DNA of 64,000 nt from the sequence record LC819006.1, one strand, 5' to 3'. Positions 10,203 through 19,013 of this stretch are shown here, one piece after another. The position numbers were made by a program, and so were the translations under genes. The notes beneath the pieces were generated by a model. It saw only the letters and a program-made list of their open reading frames with translations, did no database searches and was not told where the DNA came from. How positions within the stretch are numbered: the first letter of the stretch is position 1; each line of letters opens with the position of its first letter.

Positions 10203-11132
10203 ATGGAAGAATTCCATATCGAGGGTAGAATGCTTAGTGTAGATAAAACTGCAAATCTGAAGTTGTGGGACGCAGCCGGTTTTTTCCGGCTGCTTTCCTG
10301 CTGGTTAGAAGATGAAGAAGACGAGTATCGTAACTATAACGATTCTCTGATGGGAACGAGATTCACGTTCCATGAACCGACATATGCCCGAGATCTTTCG
10401 GGAGTGTATATTCTTTACTTCAGTCAAAATGGCAGATTTTACATTGGAAGTAGTCGCGTCTTACGTGACCGCGTCGGTGTCCATATCTCATATCTGAAGA
10501 AAGGTAATCACTATAACCCGAAAATTCAAAAAGCTTACGATGATGGAAAACAGTTTCCAAAAGTTTTCTACATCACTACTCACGGTGAACAGCATGCTCG
10601 TGAAGTGGAGCAGCGTCTTATTGATCTCGTTTTTATGGACGCATGCTGTTTGAATCAGCGAATGCAGGTAGAAGAATATCGTCCTTCTACAGAAGAAACG
10701 CGCGGCAGGCTTTCTGCTGCTGCCAAGAAACAATGGACTGACGAATTCCGAGAAAGAATTCAGGCCATCAATAAGAAGCCTGAGAACCTGGCGAAGCGTA
10801 TCGCCAATGGCAAGAAACTCGCAGCCGACCCCAAATACATCAAGAAGCTTTCTGAGGCTTCTAAAGGCATCTGGCAGGACCAGCATTACGTCGCTAAACA
10901 GCGTGAGTCTGGTGCAGCTGTCTGGAAAGACGAAGGCTTCAAAGAGCGTCATAAGGCCGCCATGAAGGCTAAGTGGGCCGATCCTGAATACAAAGCTCGC
11001 GTGGTTGGTAAACGTGCTGAGGCTCAACGTAAACCAGTTACGATTAATGGAGTCCAGTATTCTCATGCAAAAGCAGCTGCACAAGCGCTAGGCATGAGTG
11101 AGACTTCGGTGCGCAGAAAATGCGACAAATAA
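10203..11132 (+). mobile_element. free-standing GIY-YIG homing endonuclease
   Basis: SGVYILYFSQNGRFYIGSS...R catalytic motif, basic helical repeats, C-terminal HTH-like KPVTINGVQYSHAKAAAQALG; start could be the ATG at 10350. Confidence 0.85.
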
Positions 11133-11178
11133 AAAGCAATAAGCCGTCGGGATATAGTGACTCTATAGGGGATTGATC

Positions 11179-11667
11179 ATGACCACAGTCTTGAGACATA
11201 TCTCGTTGGATGATCTACATCTCGACGAGCTGCTGTTTTCGCCGTATCCGTACGAACAACAGATGGTGAAGTACATCACTGCTGACGGACGGCAACTTAC
11301 ACCGATCGATGCTTCTGAAGTTGGTACCATGAAGCAGTTCGGTACGATCAAAATCGAAGGCATGGAAAAGATCTCGAAGAAGGTCTTTGATGCTATCCGG
11401 AAGTTTTCACACGACGGTCCTTTGACCTGTCATGTCTTTATCGCAGCTGAAGGTGCCCCCAGTTTTCCGGATCACACCGATCCGGACGACGTCATGCTTT
11501 ATGTCGTCGATGGAATAAAAACGGTAATCATTGATGGTACGGTCCATGTTCTGAACGCCGGGCAGTCCATCTATATTCCCGCTGGCGTGGTACACCGTGC
11601 AATCAACACTTCCTCCTCAGTGATGATGAGCATCGGCTTTGAATCTTACATTGTGGAGAAACTTTAA
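11179..11667 (+). CDS. JmjC-like cupin (Fe/2OG oxygenase fold)
   Basis: SFPDHTD (HxD) ... GQSIYIPAGVVH (distal His); ATG at 11179 preferred over TTG at 11173. Confidence 0.75.
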   Translation: MTTVLRHISLDDLHLDELLFSPYPYEQQMVKYITADGRQLTPIDASEVGTMKQFGTIKIEGMEKISKKVFDAIRKFSHDGPLTCHVFIAAEGAPSFPDHTDPDDVMLYVVDGIKTVIIDGTVHVLNAGQSIYIPAGVVHRAINTSSSVMMSIGFESYIVEKL

Positions 11668-11669
11668 AA

Positions 11670-12734
11670 ATGCATCGCACGGTATATATCAAAACAACGG
11701 AAGCGTGCAATCTGAACTGCAAGCATTGCTTTACCGGGGGCAGTCAACCGAAGCGTGAATTCCTCGACGTGGAAAGAACGATCGACTGGGTTCGACGTCT
11801 GTTTGAACACTTGAGTTTCGAGGACCACACGCATTTCGAACTCCACGGTGGTGAGCCGTTCCTCCTGCCCGTCAAGCAGTTGAAGGAACTGACTAAAGGT
11901 ATTCGTACCTGGGGTCCGGTCAAGCACTCGATTGGTGCGACCACGAATCTGGTTTACAAGTTGACGGATGAACTCCTCTGGTTCATTCGCAACGATCTGG
12001 AGAGCATCGGCACGTCCTGGGATCCGGATATCCGATTCAAGAACGACAAGCAGTACCAGCTGTGGTGGGAGAACATGAAGACCATCACGAATCACTGTGA
12101 TGTCACACTGAACGTGAGTGTCTCCCGCAAGCTGACGGAAATGAACGTCAGCGACCTGCTGATGTATCTGCGCGACACCGGTGCTTCCAAGGTGCAATTC
12201 GAACGCATCACCCAGAACGGGAACGCGAAGAAGAATCTGGCCCTTTTCCCCACGAATGCAGAAATCAACGACTGGTATCTGCGCCTGCACAACGCGTCCG
12301 AGAAGCTGAATGCTCGCGACTGGTTTTACAACGCAGCACTGGAAGACGTGTATGCAAAATTCGAAAATGGCAATGCTTGCTCTGGCACGTTCTGTCGGAA
12401 TTGCGAAGAGACCATCTTTACGCTCAACGCGGACGGCAGCATTGGGGGTTGCGCCAATTCGGCGCCAGAGGAATCCTTTGGACACATCGACATGGACATC
12501 GGAGAACTCTTCGACGCCACTGGACGAATCGATAACATTGTTAAAGAGCGCATGCGCAACGAGCAGTGTTACGTTTGCCCTGTGGCCGCTCATTGCGGTG
12601 GTGATTGCCACCGACTGGCTTGGGAAGGCGATGTGTGTGCAGCACCCCGGCAGCTGATGAAGAAGCTCGCTGGTTTGCCGCTCGACGCACCCGAAGTCCA
12701 ACCGAAACGTATCATTCCCATCATGGCGGTTTAA
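11670..12734 (+). CDS. radical SAM/SPASM-domain protein
   Basis: CNLNCKHC (CxxxCxxC), HGGEP motif, SPASM-like Cys set CSGTFCRNC..GC..CYVCPVAAHCGGDC..C. Confidence 0.9.
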   Translation: MHRTVYIKTTEACNLNCKHCFTGGSQPKREFLDVERTIDWVRRLFEHLSFEDHTHFELHGGEPFLLPVKQLKELTKGIRTWGPVKHSIGATTNLVYKLTDELLWFIRNDLESIGTSWDPDIRFKNDKQYQLWWENMKTITNHCDVTLNVSVSRKLTEMNVSDLLMYLRDTGASKVQFERITQNGNAKKNLALFPTNAEINDWYLRLHNASEKLNARDWFYNAALEDVYAKFENGNACSGTFCRNCEETIFTLNADGSIGGCANSAPEESFGHIDMDIGELFDATGRIDNIVKERMRNEQCYVCPVAAHCGGDCHRLAWEGDVCAAPRQLMKKLAGLPLDAPEVQPKRIIPIMAV

Positions 12735-12740
12735 GGAAAT

Positions 12741-13301
12741 ATGAGTACATATCGCACAGACGTCGACGCCGTAGCCCAGGCGTACGTACGTAACCAGGTG
12801 AACGGGAGTATCAATCCGTTCCGCTCGGACTGGGCACCGGGCTACACGAACACCGGCTTGCTGGGCTGGATCTCGCAAGATCCCCCGGCATCACATCCGT
12901 CGTCCAATGGCGAACTCAGCACTGCCGGTAACACGATGGTGACCAACCAGGTTCGCAATGCGATGATCGACCTGGGCAACTACTACGGCTGGATCGCCAA
13001 GGGCCACTACGGTCTGCAGTCGACCAACCAGAGCGGCGCGAACTATCTGCAATACGAGGGCTATGGCTACTTCGTGTTCAACGGTGCAGCGCCTGGTGCT
13101 CAGGATCATGCGAACCGCGTGGCGGCAGATCTGAACACTGCTGGGACGATGAGCGGCACGATTCGTTATCAGTCGCTCATCGACTTCTACAACTTTGCGT
13201 GGAGCATCATCTGGAATCGTAAGGACGACCTGCAAGTCGAACTCACGGTTTGCCATTCGTCGTGCCACACCTCATGCCACGGCTCCCGCGGTCGTCGTTA
13301 A
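12741..13301 (+). CDS. candidate radical SAM substrate with C-terminal (CHxS)3-RGRR tail
   Basis: 186 aa ending VCHSSCHTSCHGSRGRR; RBS AAGGA overlaps the upstream rSAM stop. Confidence 0.7.
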   Translation: MSTYRTDVDAVAQAYVRNQVNGSINPFRSDWAPGYTNTGLLGWISQDPPASHPSSNGELSTAGNTMVTNQVRNAMIDLGNYYGWIAKGHYGLQSTNQSGANYLQYEGYGYFVFNGAAPGAQDHANRVAADLNTAGTMSGTIRYQSLIDFYNFAWSIIWNRKDDLQVELTVCHSSCHTSCHGSRGRR

Positions 13302-13311
13302 GGAGAAGACC

Positions 13312-14379
13312 ATGATCAATCTGTTCGATCGTGTCTATCTGCGACACGACAACGTTCTCGCTCGTGGTGAAGGTCAGAAGAAGCTGATCATCAGCCCGAA
13401 AGTCAAAGAAATCGCGTACGTCACCGATGCACTTCAGCAACAACAGGCTGGCATCCTCGGCACGTACGAGACGCTCGCTGATGCCATCCATTACGCTGGT
13501 GACATCAATGCGTTCTGGGGCCAGCTGCGCACCAAGGCGAAGATCGTCATCATCGCTGACCGTGTGACCGTCGCTACGCTGCTCGTGCAGTACTGGAAGG
13601 CAATCTTCCAGAGCCCGTCGAAAGAAAGCCTGTATCTGCTGTACGAGATCATGGTGAACAACGAGAACCTGCATTCGCACCGTCCGACGGAAAAGCGCAC
13701 GCATCTGTTCTCGCCCAATTCGACGCCGGGCGATGTCGAAAAGCTCACGGAAGAAGAGTTCCAGGAAATCTTCGACAAGAACGAAGCGGCTCTGATCGAC
13801 TTCTCGTCGGATGCTCAGCTGTCGAGCATTCCGTTTGAATATCTGCTGATGTCATATCTGGCAGATCCGAAGGACGAGTTGGTGAAGCGAGTGCTCTTCC
13901 AGAAGCTCGACGGCATCATGCGCAGCAACATCGTCGCGAAGCTGATCGGCGGTCGTGAAGAACTCATGTTCGAATCGCACAACTACTATCTGCTCACTTC
14001 GGATGGGCCGGAAGAACTGATCGTCGACCCGATCGGTTACATGAAGAAGAGCGGTCATCTGGCGTGGGTCATGGACGAAGCATTCGTCTACGGCAACGAA
14101 GACGAGATCCTCGCGAAGTATTCGCTGGATCAGATCAAGTTCTTCTTCGAACAGATCAAGCGTCTGGTGCTGGAAGATGAATCGATCTTCGTGGCGATCG
14201 ACTGCGTGAAGAAGAAACAATTCGCGCGCCTGATCGAATACGACATCGACGATCATCAGGGCAACTTCTTCGGCACGGGTGCATTCGTGAACAAGATCAA
14301 CGGTCTGTTGGTTTCGTTCGCGTATCAGCTCAAGCGCATGGGGAACGTCAATCTCCTGAAGCAGTACGAACTGAAGTAA
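13312..14379 (+). CDS. hypothetical protein in the rSAM cluster
   Basis: RBS AGGAG overlapping the previous stop gives start MINLFDRV at 13312. Confidence 0.7.
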   Translation: MINLFDRVYLRHDNVLARGEGQKKLIISPKVKEIAYVTDALQQQQAGILGTYETLADAIHYAGDINAFWGQLRTKAKIVIIADRVTVATLLVQYWKAIFQSPSKESLYLLYEIMVNNENLHSHRPTEKRTHLFSPNSTPGDVEKLTEEEFQEIFDKNEAALIDFSSDAQLSSIPFEYLLMSYLADPKDELVKRVLFQKLDGIMRSNIVAKLIGGREELMFESHNYYLLTSDGPEELIVDPIGYMKKSGHLAWVMDEAFVYGNEDEILAKYSLDQIKFFFEQIKRLVLEDESIFVAIDCVKKKQFARLIEYDIDDHQGNFFGTGAFVNKINGLLVSFAYQLKRMGNVNLLKQYELK

Positions 14380-14386
14380 TTCCAAG

Positions 14387-14428
14387 TGCTGCCTGACTCC
14401 TTCGGGAGTCGGGTAGTATCTTTTTTTC
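14387..14428 (+). terminator. Rho-independent terminator
   Basis: TGCTGCCTGACTCC-TTCG-GGAGTCGGGTAGTA followed by a T-run. Confidence 0.8.
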
Positions 14429-14474
14429 TATTGGTAGGTATTCTTTTTTGACCTATCCCACTGAGGAATACGAA

Positions 14475-15653
14475 ATGAGTGAAGAGAAGAAAGACCCGAA
14501 GCGAATCAATTCCGAATTCATCAAAAGAACACCGAACATCGTTGATCGTGAAATCAAGCGGCGCGTTCTCGGAGATGTTATTCTCGAAATCGATCGGCGC
14601 GTTCTCGGAGATGTCGTTCTTGAACGGCCGGCAGATGGTACGGACGCAGTTCGTGACGATGCGTTCGTGAAACCGCAGTCAGAAGAAGAAGCCCTGAAGC
14701 AAGGTTATTCGTGGACCGCGCAGATGGAAGTCAAAGACGGTGAAGTGAAAGTCACGGCAACCAACCCCGTCGTACAAGCAGAAAACGTCGGCGATGGCTG
14801 GGGTGCAGAACTCCCGCCGCAAGAACAAACGCCTGAAGTCCAGACCGGTATTCCGGAAGACAAGCTGCGTGAAGTCACCGTGCCGTTCCCCGCCGACAAG
14901 ATCCGCGAGTACTTCCAGGACAAGTCGCTCTTCTTCATCGCGAACTACAGCGAATCGAAGCTGAAGGGCGGTGCGTTCCTCACGTACCTGTCGAACATCA
15001 ACATCCCGTCGGATGTGAAGTTCAATACGCCGATCGGCTACGACGAGTACGCCGAGATCATGAAGGCGTACATGGAGCAGCCGGGCGTCATCAATTGCGC
15101 GGGCCTCCACGTCATGGCGGCTGAAATGCTGCTGGTCGCCAAGGGCCTGCCGTATGAGCGTTCGCCCTACGCTCTGCCGATCGACGAGAAGACCATCCTG
15201 ATGTTCATCGAAGAACATTACGAGATGGTCCAGAAGTGGCTGCACTTCATCGACTCGACGCAAGTGTTCGCCCTGCGTTCGATCAAGGCACTGAACGACT
15301 TCTACAATCCGGATACGCGTTTCCCGGTCGTGGAAGATCGCAGCTACGTGGGCTGGAACATCGCCCAGCTGTTCCGTATTCCGGAATTCATTGCCGTGTA
15401 CTTCTCGATTCCCAACGTCGAGTACAAGCTGTCATACTTCAAGGACCAGTACGAAGAGTACATGTTCAAGAACGAGACGCTCGCCAAGTACTTCCAGTCG
15501 CAGAACAACTTCGCCGCGTTGTACTTCATGCACTATGCGTCGGGCTTGTTCAAGCCGGAAGACATCAACCACGGTCTGTTCCGTATCGGCGTGTTCGATC
15601 CGGAAAGCGAGTTCTTCGAGAAGACTCCGTATGACTTTAGCATTCAAGAGTGA
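14475..15653 (+). CDS. hypothetical protein in the rSAM cluster
   Basis: RBS GAGGA before ATG 14475; acidic low-complexity N-terminus, globular C-terminal part. Confidence 0.7.
   Translation: MSEEKKDPKRINSEFIKRTPNIVDREIKRRVLGDVILEIDRRVLGDVVLERPADGTDAVRDDAFVKPQSEEEALKQGYSWTAQMEVKDGEVKVTATNPVVQAENVGDGWGAELPPQEQTPEVQTGIPEDKLREVTVPFPADKIREYFQDKSLFFIANYSESKLKGGAFLTYLSNINIPSDVKFNTPIGYDEYAEIMKAYMEQPGVINCAGLHVMAAEMLLVAKGLPYERSPYALPIDEKTILMFIEEHYEMVQKWLHFIDSTQVFALRSIKALNDFYNPDTRFPVVEDRSYVGWNIAQLFRIPEFIAVYFSIPNVEYKLSYFKDQYEEYMFKNETLAKYFQSQNNFAALYFMHYASGLFKPEDINHGLFRIGVFDPESEFFEKTPYDFSIQE
14550..14621 (+). repeat. 36-nt in-frame tandem duplication
   Basis: GAAATCAAGCGGCGCGTTCTCGGAGATGTTATTCTC followed by GAAATCGATCGGCGCGTTCTCGGAGATGTCGTTCTT (EIKRRVLGDVIL / EIDRRVLGDVVL). 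Confidence 0.85.
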
Positions 15654-16731
15654 TTCCAACTCTTCGATGACGTTGAAGGACGCATCCCAATACCACCTGA
15701 GCTTGAGTTTGGAGTGGCTAAAGGGATGCCAGTTCAACTGTAAAGGATGCCACGTCAATAAAAAGGCAGGGCTTCCCTTTACAGGCGACGATCTCGGTAA
15801 TCTGAACCGATGGCTTGACAGCATGCGGTGGAAAGGCAATTACCTGCCGACCATCGTGTTCCTGCAGCCCACTGACTTCCTGACTGCCGAGAATACCGCC
15901 GACATCCTGAAGAGTCCGTACACATACCCGACTCTGTCTGTGTTCAAACGTCTGTCGCTGCAATCGACGTTCCTGAACATGGACAACGCCACTGAGATCG
16001 CTTCGATCCTGAAGGCACGGTTCTTTCACATGGAGTTGGAACTCAACTTCATCATTGAACCTGAGAAAGTAAACAACGAAAAGTATCTCGACACGATCAA
16101 GGCTAACCGCGATCGTTTCATCGAGATGCTCGATTGGAAGAAGCACGTCGCATCCTTCGCCATCATGAACGTCTATGAATACGATCGGGTGAAGAAGAAC
16201 GACGTGAAGAAGATCCTGGCTGATTACCAGGCGCTTCATGACAAGATCGGGGAGAAGTTTGGTTCCACGATCGACTTCAACTTCTCCATGACCCGCAATC
16301 CGTGGTGGAGTAACGAAGACATCGCAGAAGCTGTACGTGGCGTCAGTCGAATCTTCGACGGAGGCGTGGACAATGTTTTTAACCAGACGATCCGCTTCTC
16401 GTTTGGTAAGCTGGAAGACTCGTCCATCGAAAAGCATTACAACTGGCATCAAGGGCACTTGTATGTGTCGCCGATGATCTACGAGCGTATCGCGTCGTTT
16501 CATCGGAAACTTCAGATTCCACTCACGCTGTATTCCGTGTGGGAGACTGAAGACTTCGAACGCCGGTTGCTGATTGATCAGTACCACAATTCCGAAACCA
16601 AGACCGAGTGCAATTCGTGTCGATATCAAGCCTCTTGTATTGAGCGCAATGTCCTGACGTTTATGGACATGCACGAAATCAAGGACTGCATCATCGCCCG
16701 CAAAGCTCTCGATGCCATTAACGTCATCTGA
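15631..16731 (+). CDS. divergent radical SAM-like protein
   Basis: CQFNCKGC motif and C-terminal CNSCRYQASC..C; no GGE motif; start 15631 or 15667. Confidence 0.7.
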   Translation: MTLAFKSDSNSSMTLKDASQYHLSLSLEWLKGCQFNCKGCHVNKKAGLPFTGDDLGNLNRWLDSMRWKGNYLPTIVFLQPTDFLTAENTADILKSPYTYPTLSVFKRLSLQSTFLNMDNATEIASILKARFFHMELELNFIIEPEKVNNEKYLDTIKANRDRFIEMLDWKKHVASFAIMNVYEYDRVKKNDVKKILADYQALHDKIGEKFGSTIDFNFSMTRNPWWSNEDIAEAVRGVSRIFDGGVDNVFNQTIRFSFGKLEDSSIEKHYNWHQGHLYVSPMIYERIASFHRKLQIPLTLYSVWETEDFERRLLIDQYHNSETKTECNSCRYQASCIERNVLTFMDMHEIKDCIIARKALDAINVI

Positions 16732-16735
16732 GACG

Positions 16736-16765
16736 CATATGGAGTGGCCTAGGCCACTCCATATG
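16736..16765. repeat. perfect 30-bp palindrome (possible terminator or processing hairpin)
   Basis: CATATGGAGTGGCCT-AGGCCACTCCATATG between two co-oriented rSAM genes. Confidence 0.8.
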
Positions 16766-16780
16766 TCCTGTGAGGAATGT

Positions 16781-17803
16781 ATGAACAACGATATCCTGAA
16801 TGAAATGCTGTCATCCAAAGTGCAAGACAGCACCGAGATCGAACATCACCTGTTCGAGTACTGCAACCTGAACTGCTCGTTCTGCGGTCAGGACCATGAC
16901 TCGAAGGTCGGTATGGAATCGATCATCGAAAAAGCCCACAAGACTGTGGACTTCATCTTCCATTCGAAGAAGAAGAAACACACCATCAACGTGATGGGTG
17001 GTGAGATTTTCAACGACAAGATTGAAACGAATGTTTTCCTGGACTACTACAAGTTCTATGAGATCATCGAAAAGGTCTGTCGCGATCTCGGAGTGGAATT
17101 CCAGATCAACTGGGTCACCAATCTCATCTTCACGGAAAACCGTGAGATGGTTCAGTGGCTCATGAACAAAACGAAGGCACATGCCAGGATCTCGACGTCA
17201 TATGACTTCGCTGGGCGTGGTCTGGACATCAATCGTTCACTGGTGTTCAAGCACAACCTGAATCTGTTCAAGGAGCATATCGGGGTCGTTGGTTTCGTTC
17301 TCACGAAGCCTGCTATCCGTAAACTCCTCAATAGCACGGACATGTTCTTCCAGACTGTCCTGTATCCGAATTTTCCGTTGTATTTCGACTGGTACGTACC
17401 GGAGAAGTCCTCGAACAAGATGATGCCATCCGAACAGGAAATGCTCGATGCGCTTCTCTTTGTCGCGGATAAGTATCCGAACATCGAACCGGTTAAGTCC
17501 ATGCTGGAGAACGAGCACAACAAGATGACGTGCTTCAGCTTGAACAAGACCACTATCCTGCCTGATGGCAAGGAAGTAACTTGTCGGTACCTCGAATACG
17601 ACAAAGAAAAATTTAACAACGACATTGATTATTCGAGCAATGCCAACATCATCCAGGCTCACCTTGATAGAAACGAATGCTATTCGTGTAATTTTTACGA
17701 CCGCTGTCAATTTCGGTGTTTCGTTCAAGCCGATTGGGCTGAACTCGAACGACTCCCCACATGCTTCATCAAAACCTTTTTCGAGCGAACAGTCGGATCA
17801 TGA
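16781..17803 (+). CDS. radical SAM protein
   Basis: CNLNCSFC, MGGEIF, C-terminal TC..CYSCNFYDRCQFRC; RBS GAGGA before 16781. Confidence 0.85.
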   Translation: MNNDILNEMLSSKVQDSTEIEHHLFEYCNLNCSFCGQDHDSKVGMESIIEKAHKTVDFIFHSKKKKHTINVMGGEIFNDKIETNVFLDYYKFYEIIEKVCRDLGVEFQINWVTNLIFTENREMVQWLMNKTKAHARISTSYDFAGRGLDINRSLVFKHNLNLFKEHIGVVGFVLTKPAIRKLLNSTDMFFQTVLYPNFPLYFDWYVPEKSSNKMMPSEQEMLDALLFVADKYPNIEPVKSMLENEHNKMTCFSLNKTTILPDGKEVTCRYLEYDKEKFNNDIDYSSNANIIQAHLDRNECYSCNFYDRCQFRCFVQADWAELERLPTCFIKTFFERTVGS

Positions 17804-18372
17804 AACTCATTCTCATCGCAGCTGAAGCAGCAAACAAGGTCATTGGCAATGACGGCAAGATGCCGTGGCATATCCCGGAAGACCTGTGGCACTTCAAGGA
17901 AGTGACGTCCGGCCAAGCTGTTATCATGGGTCGCAAGACCTGGGAATCGCTTGGCAACAAGCCTCTTCCCAATCGCACCAACGTAGTCGTATCGAAAACG
18001 CTCGGTCCTTTGGAAGCTGCCCATTCTGTTCGCAACTTCAGAACGGCTGTCAAGACGCTGATTGCGGCTGGTTATGATCGCGCTTACGTTATTGGTGGCG
18101 AGTCGCTTTATCGCGCCGCTCTTCCGTGGGCGTCGAAGATCATCCTTACAAAGCTCTACAAGTCGTACAAGGGCGATACGCATTTCCCGGACATCGATCC
18201 TTTACAATGGACAGAATACGATAAAGTTGACGTACTCACTGAGGAAGGATACGGATATCTTCAGTTACGCCAAAATACTCACGACACGCTTTCCCAGCCG
18301 TTCACGATTTACAAGTACATGAACGTCAACCAACCCGACGTCGCCAAATGGGCCGACCTCATCAAGGATTAA
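17800..18372 (+). CDS. folA: dihydrofolate reductase
   Basis: VIGNDGKMPWHIPEDLWHFKEVT..VIMGRKTWESL..PLPNRTNVVVS..VIGGESLY..GDTHFP; ATGA overlap with the upstream gene. Confidence 0.9.
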   Translation: MKLILIAAEAANKVIGNDGKMPWHIPEDLWHFKEVTSGQAVIMGRKTWESLGNKPLPNRTNVVVSKTLGPLEAAHSVRNFRTAVKTLIAAGYDRAYVIGGESLYRAALPWASKIILTKLYKSYKGDTHFPDIDPLQWTEYDKVDVLTEEGYGYLQLRQNTHDTLSQPFTIYKYMNVNQPDVAKWADLIKD

Positions 18373-18374
18373 CA

Positions 18375-19013
18375 ATGGACATCACGCTCGTCGCCGTCAT
18401 GGGTGCCAATGGGGTCATCGGTTCTGGTAGCAACAAGCCGATGTTCGTCGCCCAACACGCCGCGTTCGTTAAGCAATACGCGCAGGGCAAACCGGTCATC
18501 ATGGGTCGTAAGACTTACGAAGCTCTGGGCGGCGGTATCCCTGGCGCCGACAACTACGTCCTCACGCGCAACTTCGCTCTCAGTATTGCGGCGTTCGACA
18601 ATGTGACGACTGCACTGGCTCTGGACGGTGCTTTCATTTCGGCATTCGAGCGGAAGATGGCGAATGAATTGGTGGTGCTCGGCGGCGCTGCGACGTTCCA
18701 TGCGTTCTATCCGTGGGCGAACCGCATGCACATCACGCATATTCGCGAGAACATCGAAGGAGATCGTTTCTTCCCGAGCTATCCAGGATGGCGCCCCGGT
18801 CTCATCAACGATCGTTACGAACAAGGCGAAACCCAGTTCGAACGCATCGACTACCGGCGTGATGACTGGCACTACTATCCGAACGAGACCCCGGAAGACG
18901 TGAATACGCTTATCATCCTGAATGCTATTCGCACGCAACGAGGTTATCGTCCTCTGAAGACGGAACAACATGAACCACCCATCGCTGATCATCAAGCCGA
19001 CGGAAGCGTGTAA
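18375..19013 (+). CDS. divergent DHFR-fold protein
   Basis: VIG..VIMGRKTYEAL..VLGGA..GDRFFP retained, but the PW..D motif is replaced by PMFVAQH. Confidence 0.8.
   Translation: MDITLVAVMGANGVIGSGSNKPMFVAQHAAFVKQYAQGKPVIMGRKTYEALGGGIPGADNYVLTRNFALSIAAFDNVTTALALDGAFISAFERKMANELVVLGGAATFHAFYPWANRMHITHIRENIEGDRFFPSYPGWRPGLINDRYEQGETQFERIDYRRDDWHYYPNETPEDVNTLIILNAIRTQRGYRPLKTEQHEPPIADHQADGSV

Noticed and set aside
10176-11178. Possible group I intron housing the GIY-YIG gene
   Set aside because: The flanking genes end and start cleanly, with no split gene. The gaps are only about 30-45 nt, too short for intron core elements.
15391-15630. N-terminal extension of the rSAM-like ORF given by the ORF track
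   Set aside because: It overlaps the upstream gene out of frame and gives an S/T/R-rich nonsense sequence. Similar over-long starts were trimmed for 13195, 16712, 17761, 18348, 21451, 24992, 25842, 38561, 39560, 40063 and 51556.
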